From an uncultured Candidatus Saccharibacteria bacterium (GTDB lineage: Bacteria; Patescibacteriota; WWE3; UBA101185; UBA10185): a DNA stretch of 64,000 bases. Below are positions 9,636 through 18,497 of this stretch, piece after piece. A model generated the notes under the pieces. That model was given only the letters and a program-made list of their open reading frames with translations. It ran no database searches and was not told where the DNA came from. The DNA is taken from assembly GCA_964510435.1 (NCBI GenBank), contig CAZEBU010000002.1, positions 5,458 to 69,457 of the forward strand, written 5' to 3'. Position 1 is the first letter of the stretch. Each line of letters starts with the position of its first letter. A program made the position numbers and the translations under genes.

Positions 9636-11761
9636 TGCAGCTAGTGTTAATGAATAAAATCCAACCAAAAATAATTTATTACGCCTCACTTCTACTATTT
9701 ATTTTTTCACTGATTATAACTTTGATTTCCATGCTAAACGGTGTTCTGCCCCACCACTTGTTTTTTAACTCCGATGCTTTGTACTTAGCCACTATTCATA
9801 AAAGCATCTTTGTCGAAGGTTTCTCATTTACCAGTTATAAATTTCCCGACGCACCTTTCTTCTTTCCTGATTTTCTGATATTTAGCATCATATTTGCCGT
9901 CACAAAGAATTATCTGCTCACTAATATTCTCACTGCCTGGTCAATTCTTAGTATGGTTTTCATTGTTTTATATAAAATTGTGCAGTATCTGCTACCAAAA
10001 AGGCACTATCTAAAAAAATCCTTGCTCCTCTCGGGTTTCGCCTTGCTCATTGCTCTCATGGCGCAAAATCAGCTATTTCTCCACATTTTCCTGCTAATTT
10101 CCCCGGTATTTCACGAAGGGGAACTGCTCATAGTCATGCTCAGTTTATTGATCATCTTCGAGCTAGTACGCAAAGAGAGGGTCTTCCTTTATCCTATCCT
10201 ATTTGTGCTCATTGCTTTGGTAACTTTTTCGGATAAATCGGTGGTAAAGGATTTTACCGCTCCTTTTGCCATAGTTGTAGCTGTTACCTATTTCCTCGAT
10301 AAAGATATTTTCAAAAGATTTTGGAAAGCGCTTGTGGTTATAGTGCTGGCCACATTTGTCGGTAGTGTTTTGTATTCGATCATCTTGCCTTTCCCCAAAT
10401 CTTTTCCCGGCATCGTGACTTATAGTGGAAGAAATTTCGAGAACATGCTTAACAGCTTTAGAGACATCGCTAGTGAGAGGGTTCTTTTTGCTAACATAGC
10501 TAATCATAGGTACGAGTTTTCCAACTACTTAGCCTTATTTACTATTTTTATTGTTTTTTCTCTAGCTACTGTTGTTTTCCTCTTGTTTAAATACCTAAAA
10601 AAAATATCCCGGAAGGTGCAGCTTGATTTGTATGAAAAAAGAATGCTTCTATTTGGGCTCTTCATTTTAGGGCAAAGTATTCTTAATTTTGCTGCCACCA
10701 TATTTTTTGGTTATTACCACAGCTTAGTGCACACCCGCTATTTCACTCCTATGATGATCTTCCCTTATACCTGGTTTCTCATCTTTACGGGGGTACAGCT
10801 AGCTAAACATTTGCAAGAGAACTATTTAAAATATCTAAATATAGCGGTAATATTTCTGGTGGTGTTTGTCTCCTCACTTTTTTTCACTAAGATCAATGAG
10901 GGAGGTTTAGCCAACTATAAAAATTACAAACCTCCCAATTCCGTGTGTATTGATAAAATAGCCAAAGAGCATAATTTAAAATACGGTTTATCCGAACTAT
11001 GGAACACCGTGCACACGTTATTTTCAGATGAGGACGTGATTTTACATCAAATTTCCTCTCAAGGAAGTTTTCTCGAACCCTCCCACTGGCTAACTTCCTA
11101 CGAATGGTACGTGCAAAAGGCTCCGGAAATCCCTGAGCCACCGGAATATTCATTTATCGTTACGGAAAAGTTCGATACTAGTAAATTTGATAAGGTTCTT
11201 GGGGAGCCGTTATACGTTTACGATTGTCCGGAAACGCAGGTTTATGTTTACGATCCCCAAGTTATAGCACCAGTGGTAAATGGTTTATTTAGCTCTTGGT
11301 ATTTCTTCGATAGGCTTGACAGCGTGGGTGACGTAGTGGAAATCCCGGGTGGGCAGTTTGAGGAAATGATCTTTAATGTTGATGAAAATATTTCCTTGGT
11401 GGAACGCAAAACAACCCCCGAAAATCACCTACAAAGTGCTGATCAAGAAGGTCTGATCTCTTCCGGACCGTATGTGACCCTTAAAAAAGGTCTTTATAAG
11501 ATATCCCTGTGGTATCGTACGGACACGGAGGATGCCGGCTCGGTTGATATTATAACCTCACCACCGCTACAACGAACTAACTTTAATTTAGAAAATACCA
11601 ACGATGAAACTAGATCTTTTTCCGGTGAGGTAGAGATCGGCAAGGATATAAAGAAAATTACCATTAATCCTTACAATGTGGGTGCCATCAGACTAATGAT
11701 CAACTATAGCGGCGGCGGCACCCTAACTATTGAAAAATTGGTTATAGAAAGAATCGACTAG
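9636..11761 (+). CDS. Polytopic membrane protein (about 470 aa of TM region) with a ~230 aa C-terminal extracytoplasmic beta-rich domain. Function unknown.
   Basis: The start is taken at ATG 9636 (MQLVLMNKIQPK...). The track ORF at 9473 runs antisense into the epimerase. There are 12 or more hydrophobic helices. The C-terminal tail is GQFEEMIFNV...LYKISLWYRTDTEDAGSVDI...TLTIEKLVIERID. Confidence 0.6.
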
Positions 11762-11801
11762 GTCTAACCAGGTTAGACCAGGGTGATCTAGGTTAGACCT
11801 T
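11762..11801. terminator. Inverted-repeat hairpin (GGTCTAACC / GGTTAGACC, with a second GGTTAGACC copy) between convergent genes. Probable bidirectional terminator.
   Basis: The sequence is ctaGGTCTAACCaGGTTAGACCagggtgatctaGGTTAGACCt. It sits in the 31-nt gap between the + membrane gene (stop 11761) and the - rSAM gene (stop 11793). Confidence 0.4.
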
Positions 11802-13454
11802 AATAGAGGCTTTCTCTTCTTCCTCCACTTCTATGCTTTTCTTTATAGAATCCCCGATGGTCTTGTCTTCCTTTTTTGGTTTAAAGTGTGTGAACAGTTT
11901 TTTGGAAACATTTTTCCAAAAGCCTGATGATAACCAATTTATTGCCGTCTGTTCCTTATCAAAATCCAATAAATGACCTAGCAGTTTCCAAGCAGAATAG
12001 GCTAGATATTTAACATCGGAAAAACTTCTTACGGATACCGCTCTTCTGAAAATATACTTAGGAGTGAAAAATGATGAGTAGAGCTCTTGAGTTAGCTCGT
12101 ATAGTTTTTCCTGTGGAAAAGGAGTTCTCATTACGGGACGCCTCATATCAAAGGCTTCGTAATCCTTTGCATCCACTAACAACCAATCATTATCCAGACA
12201 CTCCTGGTATAGAGGTGTTCCCGGATAAGGAATAACGATAGTGGCCTGAATAGTGTCAACATATCCTTCGTTAAATAATCTTTTTGATAAAGCTATAGTG
12301 TTTTTAGCCATTTCTTCCGTTTCCCAAGGATAACCCAACATGATAGTTAAATGGGGTTCTAGTCCTGCTTTTTTGGCCATGCGCGCACCTTCTTCTATCT
12401 TGTGTACCTTCATGCCCTTATCCAACCTATCCAAAGTTTCCTGATTGGCTGATTCCATGCCATATAAAATGAATCTAAAATTGGCTTGCTTCATTAAATC
12501 ATAATATTCCTGGCTCAGTGCGTCTAGCCTCATATTGCAGCCCAAAACAACCTTTTTGTTATAACCTGAATCAATCATCAATTGGCAGAATTCCTTAAGA
12601 GGAGGGCCGATAAATAGCGTGCCTGCGTCATCGAAGATCTCTTTCACACCATAGTTATCCACCACATGCTTCACCTCAGCGAACAATCTTTGTGGAGAAA
12701 ACCTTCTATACGTACCCAAAGGATTTAACGTATGATCCCAGACACAAAAGGTACAGCGGTTCCACCAACAGTCCTTTCCTGAATACATATAGGTAGCCGG
12801 TGTATACTTATAGTTCCCGTTAGCATAGGCGTACAATTCCCATCTGGTTAGATCTCTATCGACAAAAGGCAGGTCATCAAGATCATGCGTCTGTTTCAGT
12901 GGTCCGGAGACCCAAAAATCATCTTCAAATTTGGCTAAATTACTTAGTTTTACATCCTTATCCTCGGTTCTACCCCAAATACCGCCTACCAACTCCACCT
13001 TCTTTGTCAAAGAATCCGCTAGATCAGTAAGCATAAAGTCATAATCACCTCCGGTAATGATGTAGTCCACACGGCAATTTTGCATACTCTCCTTGGGATC
13101 ATAAGTCGCGTGATCACCAACTAAAACTATCTTCATCTTAGGGAACTTACTTTTTAGCTGGTCAATAATTTCCCAGTGCTTCCTTATTACCGGAGCTTTT
13201 GTTTCCATCATCAGTAGATCAGGTTTTTCTTGCTCTAACTTACCCAACCACTCTTTATAGGACCACTCCTCTGCAATACCATCCAGCCAAACCACCTTGT
13301 AGCCTCTTTCCTGAGCCACCGAGGCAGCATACGCCGGCACCATAGGATAAATGAAGGTTTTGGCATTAAAAAACTGAAATTGCCTGTTCTGCGAAAGCAG
13401 TGGAACTCCTTTATTAGTTACAATGGGAGGGTATCCAATAGCTATTTTATACAT
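11793..13454 (-). CDS. Cobalamin (B12)-binding radical SAM enzyme (class B rSAM) with a non-canonical CX4CX2C cluster motif
   Basis: The N-terminal B12-binding-like domain contains KIVLVGDHATYDP and DYIITGGDYD. The rSAM core carries GKDCWWNRCTFCVWD, read from DNA as tgt tgg tgg aac cgc tgt acc ttt tgt. Later TIM-barrel elements are IFDDAGTLF and ILYGMESANQETL. Length is 553 aa. Confidence 0.8.
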   Translation of the reverse strand: MYKIAIGYPPIVTNKGVPLLSQNRQFQFFNAKTFIYPMVPAYAASVAQERGYKVVWLDGIAEEWSYKEWLGKLEQEKPDLLMMETKAPVIRKHWEIIDQLKSKFPKMKIVLVGDHATYDPKESMQNCRVDYIITGGDYDFMLTDLADSLTKKVELVGGIWGRTEDKDVKLSNLAKFEDDFWVSGPLKQTHDLDDLPFVDRDLTRWELYAYANGNYKYTPATYMYSGKDCWWNRCTFCVWDHTLNPLGTYRRFSPQRLFAEVKHVVDNYGVKEIFDDAGTLFIGPPLKEFCQLMIDSGYNKKVVLGCNMRLDALSQEYYDLMKQANFRFILYGMESANQETLDRLDKGMKVHKIEEGARMAKKAGLEPHLTIMLGYPWETEEMAKNTIALSKRLFNEGYVDTIQATIVIPYPGTPLYQECLDNDWLLVDAKDYEAFDMRRPVMRTPFPQEKLYELTQELYSSFFTPKYIFRRAVSVRSFSDVKYLAYSAWKLLGHLLDFDKEQTAINWLSSGFWKNVSKKLFTHFKPKKEDKTIGDSIKKSIEVEEEEKASIKV

Positions 13455-13495
13455 ATTACATATAGACTATTATAAATATGTTCCCCGGTCAATTT

Positions 13496-13756
13496 TTACC
13501 TTTCCGGCCACAACTGATTGCCGTTAAGATCCTCTACTACTATAGCTTTAGTGGGACAAGATTTTGCTGCCAGCACTATCTCAACGGCCTCATTCCAATT
13601 GGTTTCTTTAACAAAGGCTATTCCTTCTTCGTCCAGGTCAAAGGTCTCGGGCGCTTTAATAACACAAGTAGCCGCGCTGATACATTTTTTAGTGATAATT
13701 TTTATGCGAACCTTGGAATTTTCGAGCCCTGTATACTCGTCCTGACCTTTCAGCAT
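13496..13756 (-). CDS. Small mono-cluster [4Fe-4S]/[3Fe-4S] ferredoxin (Pyrococcus-Fd-like, Fer4_13-type)
   Basis: The fold is CISAATCVIKAPETFDLDEEGIAFV...AAKSCPTKAIVVED, i.e. C-x2-A-x2-C ... CP. The likely start is MLKGQ at 13756, 2 nt after the upstream GT2 stop. The track ORF extends to 13807. Confidence 0.65.
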   Translation of the reverse strand: MLKGQDEYTGLENSKVRIKIITKKCISAATCVIKAPETFDLDEEGIAFVKETNWNEAVEIVLAAKSCPTKAIVVEDLNGNQLWPER

Positions 13757-13757
13757 C

Positions 13758-14777
13758 TCATCCTTCTTGGTAATTTCCCGTTTCCTCATCCACTTCTCTG
13801 AGGGCAAACTTAGGCTTGATCACAAATCCAATCATAAAGTTTAAACCGTAATGCAAATGAGCCCTAAAAATACCAAAAAATATATATTTAAAGGCACCAA
13901 AATTTCTTTCTTGCATGCTGGCTCTCTGCGCTTCCGTAAAAACCATGGTGAAATATAAAAACGTAGCCGGTAAGTAAATTGACCATAATTTTGGAATTAT
14001 AAATGAACCGACGAGGCCAAACACTAACCCCAAAACAAACAGCGAGGGAATAAAGTAGGCTAATTTAAAAGAATTTTTTGGAAAGGCTCTGGCAAACCAT
14101 CCCCTATGCCTACCATATCGGGATAATTGCTGCAAAAAAGGCTTAAAAAGCTTCCTTCTGTGATGGTAAACAACAGGACCAGGATCATAAAGAAACTTTC
14201 TCTCATACTTTTTTATTAGATCCAGGCATAACTTAGTATCTTCACCCGGCCAATAGTCAGGATTGAACCCGCCTACTTCATCAAAAGCTTCCTTCTTGAC
14301 AAATAGATTAACGGAAGGGTAGTCATCAATTTCTCTTCGTTTAACCTTTTTATGTCTAAAAGCAGTAAAACCGCTGGTTAAGTATGATTCTAAAACGTGC
14401 CCTGTCACTTCTTCTAAAAAATCCACGTTGGGAGGAGTTAAAGCAGGACCACCTAAAGCGTACAGCTCGGGATTATCTCTAAAAATATTGGCGGCACTTC
14501 TCAGCCATCCAGAATCAGGGTAAGCATCGTCGTCTAGAAACACCAAAACATCACCAAGTGCCTCCCTAGCTCCCACGTTTCTTTTCTTACCCGGGCTAAC
14601 AGGCCCGGATTCCACCACCCTAAAGCGGTTTTCCCTAGAGCCAAAATTCACCTTGACGTATTTATCTAAAACTATGATAACCTCAAAATCGTAATAGCGT
14701 ACTTTTTTCAGGTGCGAAACAGTTTCCTTAATATACTCATTTATTGTTCTTACCGGTATGATGACAGAAAACTTCAT
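13758..14777 (-). CDS. GT2 glycosyltransferase with C-terminal transmembrane segments
   Basis: The GT-A N-terminus is MKFSVIIPVRT..FEVIIVLD and the DXD motif is VFLDDDAYPD. Hydrophobic helices appear after aa ~250. Confidence 0.8.
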   Translation of the reverse strand: MKFSVIIPVRTINEYIKETVSHLKKVRYYDFEVIIVLDKYVKVNFGSRENRFRVVESGPVSPGKKRNVGAREALGDVLVFLDDDAYPDSGWLRSAANIFRDNPELYALGGPALTPPNVDFLEEVTGHVLESYLTSGFTAFRHKKVKRREIDDYPSVNLFVKKEAFDEVGGFNPDYWPGEDTKLCLDLIKKYERKFLYDPGPVVYHHRRKLFKPFLQQLSRYGRHRGWFARAFPKNSFKLAYFIPSLFVLGLVFGLVGSFIIPKLWSIYLPATFLYFTMVFTEAQRASMQERNFGAFKYIFFGIFRAHLHYGLNFMIGFVIKPKFALREVDEETGNYQEG

Positions 14778-15581
14778 TTAAAGACCTGTATTAATTCTCA
14801 TGTCTAATTCCTTATTATAAACCCATTTTCTCCTATTTCCATCATCATAATACCTTAATAATTTCAATCTATAAAACACGGCCAGCGTATCTTTGAGCAT
14901 CTTCCTGATGTTTGGATCTAAAAATAAAGGCAGCCAACGTTGCCATTTGGAGCCTGGCTGAAAATTTAAGGTCAGCTGTACCGGAGCCTCGTGAATATTG
15001 GAAAAACCCAAGTGATTTGCTACAGCTAATAGTTCTATATCAAAGGCAAATGTTTTAATGAGCAGTCTTGGCATGACTTTTTCCAATACATGTCTTTTAT
15101 ACACCTTTAGACCCGCTTGCGTGTCTCTTACCCTCAATCCAAAGAGAAACTTCACCAGCAAGTAATATCCCTCGCTATATACTTTTCGCATAAAAGTATA
15201 ATTTACCTTGGAAGCTGAGTGCCTTTTACTACCGACGATGATATCGGAATCGTACCAAAGCATGTGTTCCAGTATTAAAGAGATACCATTGGGGTCAATG
15301 TCCATGCCGGCATCAATAAAGGCAATTTTCTCCCCGACAGCTCTGGCTATACCGTATTTTATTGCATAGCCCTTGCCATAGTTTTTCTTGTAAGTATAGA
15401 CTTTAAGATTATCTTTTTTTACCTTTTTTGCCTCTGTATAAGTTTTATCCGGAGAACCATCAACCACAACAATTATTTCAAAATCCCAGCGCGTATTGGA
15501 CATTACCTTATGAATATCACGTATATCTTCTTTTATAGTCTTGGCTTGCTTGTACGCAGGCACAATTATGGAAACTAGCAT
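14778..15581 (-). CDS. GT2 glycosyltransferase, Dpm1/GtrB-like polyprenyl-phosphate hexosyltransferase type (soluble, 267 aa)
   Basis: MLVSIIVPAYKQAKTI...EIIVVVDGSPDKTYTEA and the DAGMD motif are present. Its stop is adjacent to the start of the next GT2. Confidence 0.75.
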   Translation of the reverse strand: MLVSIIVPAYKQAKTIKEDIRDIHKVMSNTRWDFEIIVVVDGSPDKTYTEAKKVKKDNLKVYTYKKNYGKGYAIKYGIARAVGEKIAFIDAGMDIDPNGISLILEHMLWYDSDIIVGSKRHSASKVNYTFMRKVYSEGYYLLVKFLFGLRVRDTQAGLKVYKRHVLEKVMPRLLIKTFAFDIELLAVANHLGFSNIHEAPVQLTLNFQPGSKWQRWLPLFLDPNIRKMLKDTLAVFYRLKLLRYYDDGNRRKWVYNKELDMRINTGL

Positions 15582-15593
15582 ATAAAATTATTT

Positions 15594-16859
15594 TTAGCGA
15601 GCAGCGTCTCTAGATAATTTATACAGATAAATACCTAGGGTGACAAGGATTAAGGTGGAAACCAGGATATTGATGCGCATTATTTCAAAGATGTCCGTAT
15701 GATATCGGCTTATTAATATGTATTGCAATATTACTGCCGGAATGACAATAAGGGTGATTCTCGTTTTATCTATGGCCAAGAAGTATCTGATCATAAAGTG
15801 GATCAGCACATAAATAGAAATAAAAATAGAAAACATAGGCAAGTACGCTGCTGAGGAAATTAACCTTTCTCCAAAAAAGAGACCGGTGATAAATTTAGGC
15901 AGAAAGTTGTAGACAACTAGAGACCCAAATATTATAGCCAGGGTCATCCCTAAAAATAATTTAAATTTATCGTGATAATTTTTACCTACAGCCTTCAACG
16001 CTGATATCTGTGGATACATGACGGTAGAAATAGGACTGGCACCAAAGAGGATGATTTTACCCATAAGAACAGTACCCGCGTAGTAACCAACCAGATCAGC
16101 ATCAAAATATTTTTTCACTAAAATAATGTCAATGTTGTTAAGTGACAGCATTCCAATGTACATAAAAAGGGTGGGAACGGCAAAACGGGCAATTTTCTTG
16201 TAATACAGCTTAATGTTGGGCTTATTGCCGTTAACAAAATTGTTTTTCAGCAAAATAACACCCAAAAGATAAATAAAAAGTAGAGATAAAGAAAATCCTA
16301 AGTAAACTCCACCCACTTCGAAACCCAGCATGACAAATACAAAGGTGATGATAAGTCTTAACAGGCCGTTGCTGGCAGAAAACAAAGCTATCGCTCTAAA
16401 CCTAAGTAGACCTTGCAAGTAAGATTGTGGTGCCACAATTAGCAAATTTGCTAATATATATAAACCTAAAAATAGAAAAAGTAGAGGTTCTTCAATTTGC
16501 ATATAGTCAGAGAGGGCATTCCTACTTAAATAAAGGGTTATGAGGATTAACAAACCTAAAGCGATAAGAAAAGTACTTAATTTCCAAAAAAGTGCGGTGA
16601 TCTTTTCCCACTGGCGCCCACTGGCCAGTTCGGAAACAATTTTTACTAAAGAGATACCCATGACCACAGAAACCACACCAACTATAGAAAACACAGCAAG
16701 TAAAGCGTTGAAGGTACCGAAATCAGCCGGGGATAAGTTTCGTCCTAAGAATAACTGCAGTAAATAGCTGAAAAAACTGTTGATCAAGGATCCCAAGGCA
16801 ACTACAGCCGTACCGGACAACAAATGCTTAACTTTGATCTCCGTGATGATCCTTCTCAT
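15594..16859 (-). CDS. Wzx-like oligosaccharide flippase (MOP/polysaccharide-biosynthesis family)
   Basis: The protein is 421 aa and fully hydrophobic with about 12 TMs. The N-terminus is LLSGTAVVALGSLINSFFSYLLQLFLGRNLSPADFGTF, as in Polysacc_synt proteins. Confidence 0.65.
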   Translation of the reverse strand: MRRIITEIKVKHLLSGTAVVALGSLINSFFSYLLQLFLGRNLSPADFGTFNALLAVFSIVGVVSVVMGISLVKIVSELASGRQWEKITALFWKLSTFLIALGLLILITLYLSRNALSDYMQIEEPLLFLFLGLYILANLLIVAPQSYLQGLLRFRAIALFSASNGLLRLIITFVFVMLGFEVGGVYLGFSLSLLFIYLLGVILLKNNFVNGNKPNIKLYYKKIARFAVPTLFMYIGMLSLNNIDIILVKKYFDADLVGYYAGTVLMGKIILFGASPISTVMYPQISALKAVGKNYHDKFKLFLGMTLAIIFGSLVVYNFLPKFITGLFFGERLISSAAYLPMFSIFISIYVLIHFMIRYFLAIDKTRITLIVIPAVILQYILISRYHTDIFEIMRINILVSTLILVTLGIYLYKLSRDAAR

Positions 16860-16862
16860 AAA

Positions 16863-18494
16863 CTACTTAACCCTTTGGTAGACGTTGTATAAGTCAACAT
16901 GACGCAATTTTATAGTGTCGAGGAATTCCAGTTCGAATCTGCCCTCGTTGGCTGAATCGTCTTCATAAACAGGGTAAACAAAATAATTAGTTCTTATGGC
17001 CATGGGTGTGAGATCTTTTATAGTAGCCCTTCCGCCAATTTCTTCAATGAAAGGCCAGATCTGTGTGTAGTACTTTTCCTGAAAGCCTATGGTAAGTTTG
17101 TTCTCGATCTCCGCAGTGTAAAGAACTTCATCTACGCTCTGTCCTTCCAAAAATGCCTCGTGATCATTTTCCATTTTGATTTTTTGGAAGTAACTGATAA
17201 TTTCTTGCTGGCCAAGCATCCATTTAGGTTCTATGACATAAATGCCTTTGCTAAGTCCCCCAAAAAGAGGGGAATAATAGGAAAAGTAATTGGGGTGCAA
17301 ATACAGGGCGGTGATAAGAAAGTACACTACTACCCCAACAGTGGCCAACCAACCTAAGTACTTAATTTTCCCGTTAAGGTAATCAAATAAATACCGGAAA
17401 TAAAAACTGGCTATAAGAATGAGGGCAAGTATTGCCGGTAATATATAACGGTCAAGTTTTTTAGATGGTATAGAAAGTTCTACTAAGTAAAATACTGAAA
17501 ATAATAAAGCGTAAATTATAAACAACTTCATTTCCCTGCTTTTAATAAATTTTCGAAAAGTAATTAAAAAGGCCAGTAAACCTATGAATAAAGGTAAAGA
17601 AATTCTGTAAAGAATAACCAGAGGGTAAAACAACCACCCCGGGTCTGCCACCCAATTCCCCATGAACAGCTGGAAATGACCCCTTTCTACTCCAATAGTA
17701 AAAATACCCCTATATAAAGTTCCTAGAGCTAGCCTGGCGTGAGTCCACATAGCCGGCCATATGAGAATAAAAAGTGCAGCTACCACACCCATCCATAAGA
17801 TAAAAGTTTTGCTTGCACCTACAGTAGCCGCTCTGAAATTTTTTTCCCTAACAAAGTTTTCGATGAAGATGATCAGTGCTGAAAAAGGTATTAAAAAGAC
17901 TGCAGACGTTTTAGTAAGAAAAGCAGTGGCAGCAAATAGAGCGGAGATTATCAGATGTTTTCTCCTACGAGTCCAAAAATAGTAATAAAGCCAAACAAAG
18001 CTGGCGATCATTAGGGTAGACATCAAACCCTCCAAATGAAACATCCTAGTTAAGGCTATATAAAAAGGTTCCAACATCATGAAAAAAATAGCCAGCAGGG
18101 CGTACTTTTTTCCAAAAATTTCCTTTAGGGGGTGGAAAATAAGCGCCAGCAGAGCACCGATCATTAAAATAACAAAAAACTTTTGCACAGAATGCAGTTG
18201 AAAAATAGCGGCAATATTATTATCCGGAGGTAAAACACCCAACAAAGATTCGTAGTAAAAATTAAAGGCTTTCACGCCGGCGGCACCCAGCCACATCAGG
18301 GTAACCCCGGGGTGGTATTTTTGTATGGTTTTCTCGAATTCCAAGTTAAATACCCCGGAACCAAAATCGTAAGTGCGTGCTTTCCACTTCCATGCGTCCG
18401 TGTTGAACATATCGTGGCCCAAGCTAGGCAGCCTAGAGAGAACAAAAAACAGAAATACTAAGATAAATAATTTGTTTTCCTTGATTATTCTCAT
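16863..18494 (-). CDS. GT-C-type membrane glycosyltransferase (PMT_2 / GT39-ArnT-like), paralog A
   Basis: The N-terminus has TMs and the first extracytoplasmic loop carries ..YHPGVTLMWL... Length is 543 aa with a C-terminal soluble part. It is a paralog of 19951..21519. Confidence 0.65.
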   Translation of the reverse strand: MRIIKENKLFILVFLFFVLSRLPSLGHDMFNTDAWKWKARTYDFGSGVFNLEFEKTIQKYHPGVTLMWLGAAGVKAFNFYYESLLGVLPPDNNIAAIFQLHSVQKFFVILMIGALLALIFHPLKEIFGKKYALLAIFFMMLEPFYIALTRMFHLEGLMSTLMIASFVWLYYYFWTRRRKHLIISALFAATAFLTKTSAVFLIPFSALIIFIENFVREKNFRAATVGASKTFILWMGVVAALFILIWPAMWTHARLALGTLYRGIFTIGVERGHFQLFMGNWVADPGWLFYPLVILYRISLPLFIGLLAFLITFRKFIKSREMKLFIIYALLFSVFYLVELSIPSKKLDRYILPAILALILIASFYFRYLFDYLNGKIKYLGWLATVGVVVYFLITALYLHPNYFSYYSPLFGGLSKGIYVIEPKWMLGQQEIISYFQKIKMENDHEAFLEGQSVDEVLYTAEIENKLTIGFQEKYYTQIWPFIEEIGGRATIKDLTPMAIRTNYFVYPVYEDDSANEGRFELEFLDTIKLRHVDLYNVYQRVK

Positions 18495-18497
18495 ATT

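Noticed and set aside
13455-13495. Possible promoter for the radical-SAM gene (TTGACC ... TATAAT)
   Set aside because: The spacing between the -35 and -10 candidates is only 12 nt, and the -10 lies 14 nt from the ATG, unlike P1 and P2. The rSAM gene is more likely co-transcribed with the ferredoxin 41 nt upstream.
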